From: Epithemia pelagica
Lineage: Eukaryota; Protista; Bacillariophyta
Assembly: GCA_946965045.2 (NCBI GenBank)
Contig: OX337235.1
Location: 434,001 to 498,000 of the forward strand
DNA length: 64,000 nucleotides
Direction of reading: 5' to 3'
The notes beneath the pieces were generated by a model, which made no database searches, was not told the origin of the DNA, and saw only the letters and a list, made by a program, of their open reading frames with translations. The translations under genes were made by a program, and so were the position numbers. Shown piece by piece: positions 32,489 to 43,780 of the stretch (the first letter of the stretch is position 1; every line of letters starts with the position of its first letter).

Positions 32489-33110
32489 TTCAAGTCGATT
32501 GCAGTCCGCACATTGTAAAACTGTCGAGTATTTCCAGGAAAATTCGATTCTCGCCGTACTGGACAAGGGATTGATGGATCCGTTTGTCTCGTACCTATGC
32601 CCATCACACGATGGACGATCGAAACACGTGCACGAAATTTTTCGAGCTGTCCATCGCGTCTTGAAACCCAATGGGTATTTATTGTATCTGGTCCCTGTCG
32701 CAACCCGAATTCTTGTTGCCCGTGTTGGAACAAGAAAATCTCATTCAACCCACTTCCGACCATGAGGATGATACCGACAATCCAAAACACGTATCGCAAT
32801 TATCAACCCTTGACATCCCTGTCATTATCATCGTCTTCCACCCAATCTCCAACGATTCTGACGCGAACGCCTCGCCATCCCATTACAGGAAACCCTACTT
32901 GTGGCAACGGGTGGACATTCGCCATGATATTACCAATCAATTCCTCTTGTATCGGTTTCAAAAGGCGGCGTGGAGTGATCCGTTCCCAACGACACGTCGC
33001 GGAGGTGGTGCGCAACCATTCTCCTCCCGCTTGCCACGCCATTCGTCTCACAACAAGAAGAAGAATAACCATCGACAACTAGGAGCTTTAGAAAAAACAA
33101 ACACACAAAA
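32450..33110 (+). pseudogene. 3' fragment of methyltransferase M'
   Basis: ENSILAVLDKGLMDPF..VHRVLKPNG..YCIWSLSQPEFL; frameshifted. Confidence 0.8.
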
Positions 33111-33415
33111 GTAGACACACAAAAGAAAGACTTTTGCCACACCAAAAAAGAGCCATGACGGATGAATTCTACCTAAAGACACGCATCTACACTATATCGA
33201 AAGGAACGCGTGTGGATCCTACCAAACGCACCAGAAAATGTATTTGTGTGCGAGCTTGCGCGCAATAAAAAAAGGACGCTATGGATGTTTTTCCCCTTCT
33301 ATTATAGGTATATGCTTAAATCTCCATCCTATTTTCAGGATGTTGCATCGCAAACCGGAGCAGGGCTCAACGTGTCTCCACTCGACGAAACCTGCATATA
33401 CTGCAATGCCCAAAC

Positions 33416-34444
33416 TTAATTGGCCTTGGTCAAGGCCTTGCCAACGGGGTTGTACACAAAGTTGAAGGTACAATCGTGGACATGTTCAAAGGTGGCACTG
33501 CCACTTTGACGAAGTTCAAAGCAAACAAAGTCTTCAAAGTCACCGTGCGAAATCTTGGCATGGCGGTAACTGACTTGTTCAATGGGACCAGCGGCAGCAG
33601 CAACACGGGCAACGACAATGGTAGCCTCATCGGCCTTGGCATTGCAGCAGCATCGTGGATCATCGTCATCGTAGGGGCAGCACAATCCACAAGAACGGTC
33701 CAACCACCCTTGGTGACCACCAACAGCAATATCGGCAACGGTTTGGAACAACCCAAGAGACAAGGCGGAGTTGCTAAAGGCTTGGTTGTGGGCCTTGAGA
33801 ACCACTTGGTTGAGAGTTTGATTGTCATGGTCCGACAATTCGTGGGGCAAGCCAATCAAGGTGAGCTGGGCCTCGGTGATTTCGCCATGTCCATAGGCCG
33901 TTTCGACGGGTCCAATGGTGTTCAAGCCAGTGTGTTCCAAAAAGGAAAAGGTACAGTCCTTGGCATGAACTAAATTGACATATGAGGACTTTTGAAGACG
34001 GTCGCACAAGTCATATTGGAACTGTTCGTGAAGAAGACCAAGATCGGCCGTGGCACCCAACACACTGTCCTTGTAATAAAAGACATCGACTTGAGCATTG
34101 ATAAAGGCAGCTTCTTCCTGGCTATTCTTTACAAGCGAAGTACTGCTGGGTGTCCACCAGAAGGAGTCGGAAGGAATGGTGGAGAAGCCTTGAGTCTTGA
34201 TATCGCCCAACTTTTGGCCCGCCTTGTCGAAACCAAAGGCCTGGTTGTATGCTGCCTGAGCTTGCTTGGTAATAAAGTTGGCTTCCTCGTCCGAGACCAT
34301 GTCCGAAAGACCACCCACGACAATGCGAGCATTGTACGATTCCGTCGAGGCACTGGCAACCATTTCTTGAAAGGCAGCACGCAAGCTAAAGTCGGCGGCA
34401 GCCGAAGAGAAGAGCATGGTGAGAGCAGCAAGAGAAAGCTTCAT
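33416..34444 (-). CDS. Secreted two-repeat protein S of unknown function (342 aa)
   Basis: Signal-peptide-like MKLSLAALTMLFSSAAA; two internal repeats ending LCDRL..HAKDCTFSF and VCFEL..HVHDCTFNF; CGLCCPYDDDD motif. ORF intact in three copies. Confidence 0.9.
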   Translation of the reverse strand: MKLSLAALTMLFSSAAADFSLRAAFQEMVASASTESYNARIVVGGLSDMVSDEEANFITKQAQAAYNQAFGFDKAGQKLGDIKTQGFSTIPSDSFWWTPSSTSLVKNSQEEAAFINAQVDVFYYKDSVLGATADLGLLHEQFQYDLCDRLQKSSYVNLVHAKDCTFSFLEHTGLNTIGPVETAYGHGEITEAQLTLIGLPHELSDHDNQTLNQVVLKAHNQAFSNSALSLGLFQTVADIAVGGHQGWLDRSCGLCCPYDDDDPRCCCNAKADEATIVVARVAAAAGPIEQVSYRHAKISHGDFEDFVCFELRQSGSATFEHVHDCTFNFVYNPVGKALTKAN

Positions 34445-35244
34445 GGTGAATGTACTTGTTTTTTAAAATCGGTGCAAAGACTTAACGTTCTGCTGGTGCG
34501 ATGGAGGCTTTTTGGTTTTGCCGTTCGGGAAATTGTGAGCAAAGTGAGAGATCTGGAATTTGGAGTGATGTGGGTCCACAAGGCCACGTGTCGTCTGAGT
34601 GGGATTACAGCGGAAACATTTCATTGGAACGTTACCTAGTGTTGATAGCGTCTCGGTCACGGGAAGTGAGATGTGACCCATGCATCTATCCAGATTTGTT
34701 TGGCGTGTTTTGGTAGTGGAAGAATGTCATGAGAATGTTTTCCTCTATTAGTCGACACAGCATTGAGATCTGATTGGCTGTTTACTTCGTTAGTAGGGCA
34801 AGTCCTTAGGCCGGCTGCGTCCTTAATGTGTGTTGTCGGTTGGATCTTGTGGGTTGTCGTTTTCTCGCTGGCTTTGATTGGTTGTTTCGATGCAGCGTGG
34901 TCTATACACAAACTAACAACTAACACTCTCAACGAAAAAAGGAGAACAACTATACGAACACGAGTATGTTTCCAGATTCCCGAACATCATCATCATCATC
35001 CTTTTTGGCTCCTTGATGCCATTGGTGGAATAGACCCAGTCTACTTGCTCCGTATGCTCAAGTGGCTCTCGAGAGTGTATTCCCGATTGTGGAATTTATT
35101 TCTCCGCCCCCCCCGCCTTGCACTCAACCCAATCCTCGCTCCCCGTAAATAAAAGGGGGAGGAATCCCATGGATAGGGATAGCATTGATAGTAGGAATTG
35201 ATGATTGATGAATAGGAGTAGCAGTGGAGGGAGTATTTTTGCTA

Positions 35245-35989
35245 TACCCCCTAGCGGGGGTGGTTTTGAGGTTGTAGTTTCTGTGAACCACCCCCATACC
35301 TTTTTCCTGGCTCCAGTCGGCCGGCATATCTCATTCCTTCCACCGCGATAACAACACGACAATCAAACTTTGTCGTTGCTGGTGACCTCCTACGGCCACC
35401 CCATCATGATCCGACCATCACATGCTTTATATCGGTACCATGGCAGTACATTGTGAGGGGCACAGTGCATGCGGGCCATTCTAGGAAATGACCAATACAG
35501 TGACGCTGTAATACGGCACACTAGGAGACCATGATGGCGTCAAAATACATGAGAGTTGCTGTTTTGCTATCAATACACTGTGTAACTCCTACTGTGATGT
35601 GTATTGTGTACCAATATGTGTCCAAACAATGCATGATAAGAGCCATATAGTCCCTTTGAGTTGCTTCGTTCGAAATGGCAAGACGTCGCGCTTCCGTACA
35701 TGTGCCACGAGGCATGGCGCCTATGAGTCTGATGCATAATAGCCTTAACCTTTAAATTTTGGTGATGCCGATGCATTCTACACTATTGGTTTGAGGTCTA
35801 TGACTAGGAAGACAGGTTTCACGAGTCCGAATAGGTGCACAACAACCTGTGCAACACCATGGCCCGTGTTGTTATCGTGGTGGAGGAAATGAGATATGCC
35901 GGCCGACTGGAAACAGGTTATTTTTGGCAAATAGGTATGGGGGTGGCTCAGAGAAATTACACCCTATAAGCCACCCCCGCTAGGGGGTA
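35245..35989. mobile_element. Non-autonomous Mutator-like MITE (745 bp)
   Basis: About 115-125-bp imperfect TIRs starting TACCCCCTAGCGGGGGTGG; 10-bp TSD ATTTTTGCTA (35235-35244, 35990-35999); no coding capacity seen. Confidence 0.85.
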
Positions 35990-36459
35990 ATTTTTGCTAT
36001 CGTTCGTCGCAAAGGCGCTCCTAGAGAGTTTCTCATCATGGTCAAGACACATTGTTGAAAAGCGTTCTATCTCATGAGAAAGATTGACGGACTCCGCCAT
36101 ATGTCTTTAAAGTTCGATACATCCTATACTTTTATTTGGAGAAGACAATGTAACCATTTTATATTAAACGGAGCCGTGTCAAACTGAGGGCATTGTCGTC
36201 GTTTCGAGAATAGTCAGGTAGCTATGGTGAATCGTTGTTGCAGCCGCCGATAGAACACGAGACAAATGCCCCTATCCAACGACGAGCAACGTTAAGGCAT
36301 AGTGTACACGATGCAACCCAGCTGTGACGCGATCAGGTAATTCTTCGTAACGTAAACTATTTAGCGGCGCAAACGTCGTGATGGTTGCCTTAAACGAGAC
36401 GAGGATGGTGCTGTCATTGTGCTTGTGGCTGTACGGATGGTTGCCACAGTACCAGTACG

Positions 36460-36535
36460 ATGATTTATTCGTCATTGCCCCCTCCACCCTCTCCCCCGTC
36501 GTTGTTGATAGAGGCGTCTCTTGTATTTGGAAAAC
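36460..36535 (-). pseudogene. Relic of the 5' end of NTPase gene N in the palindrome spacer
   Basis: CGTCATTGCCCCCTCCACCCTCTCCCCCGTCGTTGTTG matches about 41756-41795 (GSTNNEGGEVGGGND region). Confidence 0.65.
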
Positions 36536-37417
36536 CATTACTCCTCAATGCGACAATTGTCGTGGCCTTCGTAGAATCAGTAATGGGAATCAACACATAG
36601 AAGCTCCACAGTAGACCCAAAAAATACAGTGATATCGACGAGCTCGTCGCCTAATATGTTCTTTTGGGTTCATGCTATCTTCCAGCTATCCATGCTACCC
36701 CTATTCTCCACCCTTCTGTATCGGTGTGCATAATGTGGGGGAGGGGGGGGGGGGAACATAATCATAAATCATATTCAGGGAACACGGGAATAGATGACCA
36801 ATCAGCCAATCACAGCAGCATAATTTACGACCAATGAGCATTCGGTCTTTTCCACCAATGGTATCAAGTATATCAAAGAGCCAGAACCTCCGGGACGGGG
36901 ATGGACGAACACCTTTGTCGTTGTAGATCTCTTTTTGCTGGGAGACTGCTGGTTGTGTCTACTCGTAGGGTCTAGACGACGCTATATCTGAACAACCAAT
37001 AAAAACCAACGAGAAAATGTCAGCACACAAGGTCCATCCAACAAAAAGAACGCATCCGGTTTCAAGTCCTTGCCCTACTTACGAGGCGCTCCTAAATCCT
37101 AAACCACCAATCCGATCGCAACGGTGTATATCGACTTAAAGAGGAAACATTCCACTGCGATTCGCCCACTATAACGAAATGTGCCAATCCAAACTAATGC
37201 ATTGAAAGGCAAACACGACCACGCCTTACTGGGCCCCTTGTCCCAATGTGTTTTCTTTTTTATCCCATTGTTCCCATCGAGACTCTGTCTCCGCCCTCCT
37301 CAAAATTCCATCTCTCACTTTGCTCACAATTTTCCAAACGGCAAAACCAAAAAGCCTCCATCGCACCAGCAGAATGTTAAGTCTTTGCACCGATTTTAAA
37401 AAACAAGTACATTCACC

Positions 37418-38446
37418 ATGAAGCTTTCTCTTGCTGCTCTCACCATGCTCTTCTCTTCGGCTGCCGCCGACTTTAGCTTGCGTGCTGCCTTTCAAGAAAT
37501 GGTTGCCAGTGCCTCGACGGAATCGTACAATGCTCGCATTGTCGTGGGTGGTCTTTCGGACATGGTCTCGGACGAGGAAGCCAACTTTATTACCAAGCAA
37601 GCTCAGGCAGCATACAACCAGGCCTTTGGTTTCGACAAGGCGGGCCAAAAGTTGGGCGATATCAAGACTCAAGGCTTCTCCACCATTCCTTCCGACTCCT
37701 TCTGGTGGACACCCAGCAGTACTTCGCTTGTAAAGAATAGCCAGGAAGAAGCTGCCTTTATCAATGCTCAAGTCGATGTCTTTTATTACAAGGACAGTGT
37801 GTTGGGTGCCACGGCCGATCTTGGTCTTCTTCACGAACAGTTCCAATATGACTTGTGCGACCGTCTTCAAAAGTCCTCATATGTCAATTTAGTTCATGCC
37901 AAGGACTGTACCTTTTCCTTTTTGGAACACACTGGCTTGAACACCATTGGACCCGTCGAAACGGCCTATGGACATGGCGAAATCACCGAGGCCCAGCTCA
38001 CCTTGATTGGCTTGCCCCACGAATTGTCGGACCATGACAATCAAACTCTCAACCAAGTGGTTCTCAAGGCCCACAACCAAGCCTTTAGCAACTCCGCCTT
38101 GTCTCTTGGGTTGTTCCAAACCGTTGCCGATATTGCTGTTGGTGGTCACCAAGGGTGGTTGGACCGTTCTTGTGGATTGTGCTGCCCCTACGATGACGAT
38201 GATCCACGATGCTGCTGCAATGCCAAGGCCGATGAGGCTACCATTGTCGTTGCCCGTGTTGCTGCTGCCGCTGGTCCCATTGAACAAGTCAGTTACCGCC
38301 ATGCCAAGATTTCGCACGGTGACTTTGAAGACTTTGTTTGCTTTGAACTTCGTCAAAGTGGCAGTGCCACCTTTGAACATGTCCACGATTGTACCTTCAA
38401 CTTTGTGTACAACCCCGTTGGCAAGGCCTTGACCAAGGCCAATTAA
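37418..38446 (+). CDS. Secreted two-repeat protein S (342 aa, identical to 33416-34444)
   Basis: ORF-track translations are identical. Confidence 0.9.
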   Translation: MKLSLAALTMLFSSAAADFSLRAAFQEMVASASTESYNARIVVGGLSDMVSDEEANFITKQAQAAYNQAFGFDKAGQKLGDIKTQGFSTIPSDSFWWTPSSTSLVKNSQEEAAFINAQVDVFYYKDSVLGATADLGLLHEQFQYDLCDRLQKSSYVNLVHAKDCTFSFLEHTGLNTIGPVETAYGHGEITEAQLTLIGLPHELSDHDNQTLNQVVLKAHNQAFSNSALSLGLFQTVADIAVGGHQGWLDRSCGLCCPYDDDDPRCCCNAKADEATIVVARVAAAAGPIEQVSYRHAKISHGDFEDFVCFELRQSGSATFEHVHDCTFNFVYNPVGKALTKAN

Positions 38447-38747
38447 GTTTGGGCATTGCAGTATATGCAGGTTTCGTCGAGTGGAGACACGTTGAGCCCT
38501 GCTCCGGTTTGCGATGCAACATCCTGAAAATAGGATGGAGAGTTAAGCATATACATATAATAGAAGGGGAAAAGCATCCATAGCGGCCTTTTTCTATTGC
38601 GCGCAAGCTCGCACACAAATTCATTTTCTGGTGCGTTTGGTAGGATCCACACGCGTTCCTTTCGATATAGTGTAGATGCGTGTCTTTAGGTAGAATTCAT
38701 CCGTCATGGCTCTTTTTTGGTGTGGCAAAAGTCTTTCTTTTGTGTGT

Positions 38748-39412
38748 CTACTTTTGTGTGTTTGTTTTTTCTAAAGCTCCTAGTTGTCGATGGTTATTCT
38801 TCTTCTTGTTGTGAGACGAATGGCGTGGCAAGCGGGAGGAGAATGGTTGCGCACCACCTCCGCGACGTGTCGTTGGGAACGGATCACTCCACGCCGCCTT
38901 TTGAAACCGATACAAGAGGAATTGATTGGTAATATCATGGCGAATGTCCACCCGTTGCCACAAGTAGGGTTTCCTGTAATGGGATGGCGAGGCGTTCGCG
39001 TCAGAATCGTTGGAGATTGGGTGGAAGACGATGATAATGACAGGGATGTCAAGGGTTGATAATTGCGATACGTGTTTTGGATTGTCGGTATCATCCTCAT
39101 GGTCGGAAGTGGGTTGAATGAGATTTTCTTGTTCCAACACGGGCAACAAGAATTCGGGTTGCGACAGGGACCAGATACAATAAATACCCATTGGGTTTCA
39201 AGACGCGATGGACAGCTCGAAAAATTTCGTGCACGTGTTTCGATCGTCCATCGTGTGATGGGCATAGGTACGAGACAAACGGATCCATCAATCCCTTGTC
39301 CAGTACGGCGAGAATCGAATTTTCCTGGAAATACTCGACAGTTTTACAATGTGCGGACTGCAATCGACTTGAATCACCATTCGTCGTTGTCGTCCTTATC
39401 CAAGAGAGGGTA
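38748..39412 (-). pseudogene. 3' fragment of methyltransferase M' (mirror of 32450-33110)
   Basis: Same 147-aa and 161-aa partial peptides as the X arm. Confidence 0.8.
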
Positions 39413-39548
39413 ACTTAGGGGGGCACCGACAAGGAAAGTTTCAAATTGGCCAACGACCAATAACGACCAACGCTTTATGCAAAAAGTAGAAATGGCGAGG
39501 TGGTATGCTCTCTTGTTCTTCTTTTTTACTGCAATAGGAGAAAAGTAT

Positions 39549-41864
39549 TTAGATGTCATTTTCTTGCAAGGCGTCCTCAAAGCCCTTTGCGATCTCTTGC
39601 AAAAACTCGGATGATGGGATCTGCTTCAGTGTCTCGTCTCGCAGCAACCGCTCAAAGCTTTTTCCACTTCCCAATGCAACGTCTGAATGAGACACCATGA
39701 CCTCCGACTTTTCCCCTCCTCCACGAGTCGAAGAAGCGGCGAGCTTGGTCGCTCCAAAACGGTCATTGGCAGGCACTTCGATTATAAATGTCGAAATTGA
39801 ACCACGGGAGAAATTCATACCAGGGCCGGGGTTTTGCGATGGATCCTTGAGGCCAATCAGTAAGAGAATACACAACCCAGTTTCAATGCCAGCGCCCTTA
39901 AACACCTTTTCCATGGCGCTGAGTGCACTCTGGCGTTCCTCGGGAGTGTAAGATAGTCGATTCTTTACGCTCACTAGCATGGGACAATAGTGATCATGAT
40001 TATTGTGTTTGTATCGCACAGGTATCACCAGGTCGTAAGCTGGGCAAGAGGCATATGCATAGGATGCCCTTGCACTTCGATACCAGTGCTCCAAAAGGCC
40101 ACTCTCCTGCAGTTCTTTTAGGCTGTAACGCAAGTAATTACGACACACTTGGATGAAATTGACGCTTGCTTCTCCAGTGCTATCAACGCTAGATGAATCA
40201 TCATCGTTGCCTTGCAGTCTTTTGATAAATTTCTCGAGTGGAACAGAGAGTTGTAACAGATCTTGTGATTTTTCCCAGCGCAACTCGTCTCCACAAGCTA
40301 GCATGTAAAAAGCAGCCGCGACTTGACCAACATCTCCCTTTTCAGGACGACACAATGCAGACGTATACATCTTGATGGCAAATTCGGACCAGAAAGAAGG
40401 AGGTTGAGAAAAGGCGCCAAAAGACTCGCAGTTCTCAATCATTTGGGACATGGCAAGCCATGCGCATACCGGATCCGGAAGGTACGCAATATCTGCGACA
40501 GATGGTTGTTCCGGGTCAAAATGAGTGAGATGGGCATACCCCGAAGCCACTTGTTTTGACGCAAGATCAAATGAAACTTGGCCCAATGGCAGACGAGCTG
40601 CCAAAATTGAAAAACATGAACTCACGTTCTCCAATTCAATCTTGTAGGTCCCACCTTTCATCCGAAGCAAAATTGAGTCCAACGCATCTTTCAAATCACC
40701 CTTTAGATGCATCCGAGCGAACAACGGGCGCCCATATTGAACTGCAACATCAAACTCTGTAGAAGATTCTTTATCGAATTCGGAACCATTGGTGATTGAA
40801 ACAAGTCCATTCGTTGTGATTTCGAAAAATGGAGCATACATTCTTTTGCCTGAGTTGTATGTTGGTCTTACATTTCTTGAGTAGTATGAATTCTGCGGTG
40901 GTTCCGGAAAGTAGTTTGCCAAACTCATGCTTGTTCCTGCAAACACGCCAACAATGTTATGTTCATTTCGTTCTTTTCGAAGCCACCATCGTATGCTTCG
41001 AAAATAAAACCCATCACCATTGTTGATGAGGTGTTGGGACTCGTCAAATAGCAGCACGACCTTTTTCGTTCTTGCCTTCTCTACAAAAGCATCCAACTTC
41101 TTCCACAGCGTTTCTCGGCCATCTTGGGTGGTTCCAATTGATTTAACGTCCAGAGTGTCGGAGAATATGTCACTGCCCCATGCTAAGTGCGTGACTTCAC
41201 CATAATGGCACAGAATAAGTTCGCAGTGAACGTCGCTTTGATTGTCACTGTTAAACATCTTTTTGCATTCGTGTAGCAATTTGGTCTTGCCAGTTCCACT
41301 CGATTGGATGAGCGGAAAATACGGAGCCATGTACTCGTCTCTTGCGGAGTCTTTCCATTTGAAAAGTTCTTCCACTCGAGCATTGAATGCATTCAAGTCT
41401 CGCTTGTACAATATTGCGCTGTTTTTGATGTCAAAGTCGATCAAGGCCACTCTCTGGGATTCATTGGGGGAAGAATCCATAGGAATTACTTTTCCTGTTG
41501 TCAAAAAATGTGCCAAGTCAATCTTCAAATAGTCTTGAAAAGCTGCAGAGAGTTTAGGATTTTCTTTCAACATTTTGATCGATTGACTTCGAATAAAGTC
41601 TTTAAATTCTTGTGACATATTTGTCTTGAACCAAGTGTCTTCCAAGTAGTTACCAAGTGTTTTGCTGTCCTCTGGTGGATTCGGAGAGCTAGCTTTCAAG
41701 ATTTGGCGTGTCTTCCTTATGGTCACTTTTCGGTTCTTTTTAGCTGGGCGGGTTCCGTCATTGCCCCCTCCAACCTCTCCCCCCTCGTTGTTGGTAGAGC
41801 CTCGATTACTCCGTATCGCGAAAAAAGTTCTATTGTTGTTGTTGTTGCGTTGAGTTGTAGACAC
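39549..41864 (-). CDS. P-loop NTPase plus PD-(D/E)xK-like nuclease (Crinkler-type NTPase-REase architecture), 771 aa
   Basis: APYFPLIQSSGTGKTK (Walker A), VVLLFDESQHL (Walker B); C-terminal KGDVGQVAA..YDLVIPV..LVSVKN. Intronless. Confidence 0.8.
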   Translation of the reverse strand: MSTTQRNNNNNRTFFAIRSNRGSTNNEGGEVGGGNDGTRPAKKNRKVTIRKTRQILKASSPNPPEDSKTLGNYLEDTWFKTNMSQEFKDFIRSQSIKMLKENPKLSAAFQDYLKIDLAHFLTTGKVIPMDSSPNESQRVALIDFDIKNSAILYKRDLNAFNARVEELFKWKDSARDEYMAPYFPLIQSSGTGKTKLLHECKKMFNSDNQSDVHCELILCHYGEVTHLAWGSDIFSDTLDVKSIGTTQDGRETLWKKLDAFVEKARTKKVVLLFDESQHLINNGDGFYFRSIRWWLRKERNEHNIVGVFAGTSMSLANYFPEPPQNSYYSRNVRPTYNSGKRMYAPFFEITTNGLVSITNGSEFDKESSTEFDVAVQYGRPLFARMHLKGDLKDALDSILLRMKGGTYKIELENVSSCFSILAARLPLGQVSFDLASKQVASGYAHLTHFDPEQPSVADIAYLPDPVCAWLAMSQMIENCESFGAFSQPPSFWSEFAIKMYTSALCRPEKGDVGQVAAAFYMLACGDELRWEKSQDLLQLSVPLEKFIKRLQGNDDDSSSVDSTGEASVNFIQVCRNYLRYSLKELQESGLLEHWYRSARASYAYASCPAYDLVIPVRYKHNNHDHYCPMLVSVKNRLSYTPEERQSALSAMEKVFKGAGIETGLCILLLIGLKDPSQNPGPGMNFSRGSISTFIIEVPANDRFGATKLAASSTRGGGEKSEVMVSHSDVALGSGKSFERLLRDETLKQIPSSEFLQEIAKGFEDALQENDI

Positions 41865-42038
41865 AATATAGCGACAAATAAGTTTGTTGTAGCAGAGTTG
41901 GATTCGTTGATACAGTGCAGTAGACGATCGAGAATGGTCGAATCATTCCGAGTGATAGTATAGCGTATAGTTTGTAATAAGTCATGCCAGAACAAGAATC
42001 CATGCCAAGCCACAGAAACATTAGTTCAAGGAAGAAAC

Positions 42039-43040
42039 ATGGTGGAAAAGGATACAAGAGGGACAAACCACTTGTCACCACTCAACAAAACGACGACACC
42101 AAATCTTTGGTACAACCAACTAATACTTACTTTTGTCCTTCCACAAAGGATTGTAGATTGGATCCTGGAAGACAAAAGGCCTCAGCAACATGATTCTGGT
42201 ACGCATACGCCAAAATCCACTGACCAAGCATCGACGACACAAGTCGTCCACACCGGGAGAAGGAAGAAAACAAAGAGACCATGGTCGATGTCACGGTTTT
42301 TGCTTTCGGGTCATATTTTGGAAGGGGCACAAAACGACCAAAACCGTTTGGGTGGGCCGGGCGATGGTTTGGTCGTGCAGAAGCACAGGCAAGGTACACG
42401 GCGGGAGCTCACGCGAGCCGTCGTCACGATTGAATCGTCACAAAATGACTCAGACGTGCTCGCATCCATTCCATTGATCCCCCGTCTAAATATCCTTGTA
42501 TTAAATTTAACGTTTGGAACCATGCAAAGAATGATGCCACTGCACGAACAAGCACGATATTCGGGGCTTTTCATTTTGGACCAAAAAACCAAAATAGACT
42601 TGAGGGTCTGGATGGCGTCTGCGTAAGACTGCGCTGGTCGCACTGAACTCATGCAACAATGATAACAAGAGGGGACAAACCGCTGTCGCATTGGGAGGAA
42701 ACCGAAAAAGTCTCTCTGCAAGAAATGGCAAGAAGGACCACCCATGAACAAGCGGCGTGAGGGACATGCCGGGGCGGTGTACAATGAAGGCATCTACGAT
42801 ATGGGAGGATACAATGGGGCTTCTTCAACCTTGGATTGTGTGGAACGAATGAACGTGAAAGATCTGCTTCATTTTTCTACAAAAACAGAAAACAGCTTGA
42901 AGAACATCCACTGGAATATATTGATTTGTAAATTATTAGCAGGTCGGCATGGATGTTGCGCTCATGTGGTTCAAATTGGCTACATTGTCATAATGGGGGG
43001 ATTTCACTTTGAGTAGTAACCAGTATAAATGGGCCGAATG
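42039..43040 (+). pseudogene. Decayed kelch-repeat gene K (Z copy)
   Basis: WQEGPPMNKRREGHAGAVYNEGIYDMGGYNG..LDCVER and GCCAHVVQIGYIVIMGG. Confidence 0.7.
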
Positions 43041-43780
43041 GCAGGAAGATACTACCAATCAAGAAAACACGGGTCATGGAAAGAACAGTTCTCACAGTTT
43101 ATATACTACTCCTACTTATCGAACCGACATTGTTGGAGAGTAGTCCAAGGTAGTTGTCTGTGTTTTCGTAGGTTTCTTTCATGGAAAGAGGGAAAGTGAA
43201 AGGCTCGTCCTTTTGCGACGAACTAATCCTGATCAACCACTCCAATTATCTTCTTGCTATGATTGCTGCCCATGTCCCACGAGTCCGCCCCCTTTTAGTT
43301 GCAACACGGGTAGACTTGTTGTCAAAAGTCCTCTCGTATGTCAATTTAGTTCATGCCCAGGACTGTACCTTTTCCTTCTTGGAGCCCGCAAACAACAGTG
43401 GACCTGTCGAAACGCCCTACGGACATGGCGAAATCACCCATGTCGAGCTCACCTTGATTGGTTTGCCCCACGAATTGTCGGACCATGACAATCAAATTCT
43501 CAAATCAAGTGGTCCTCAAGGTCCACAATCAAGCCTTTGGCAAAACATTCAGTGGCTGATATTGCGGTCGGAGGTCACCAACCGTGACAATCAAATTCTC
43601 AGCCGTGTGGTCCTCAACAAGGCCCACAATCAAGCCTTTGGCAACTCCGCCTTGTCTCTTGGTTTGTTCCAAACCGTTGCCAATATTGCTGTTGGGGGTC
43701 ACCAAGGTATTGCCCTTCGAGGAGTTACGCCCCGACGAGTGCCCCCGACGAGAAGCATTCCGAGCAGCAAATGATTGCGT

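Larger units (their letters stand above)
32450..39412. repeat. Large inverted repeat: arms about 32450-34560 and 37300-39412, spacer about 2.7 kb; looser inverted homology extends to about 29640 / 43400
   Basis: Mirror ORF pairs sum to 71862 (33416+38446, 34444+37418); S proteins and several alternate-frame peptides are identical between arms. Confidence 0.95.

Noticed and set aside
36735-36755. Poly-G/poly-C tracts (also about 35105 and 63455) as functional G-quadruplexes
   Set aside because: They are homologous positions of one ancestral homopolymer with variable length; no further support.
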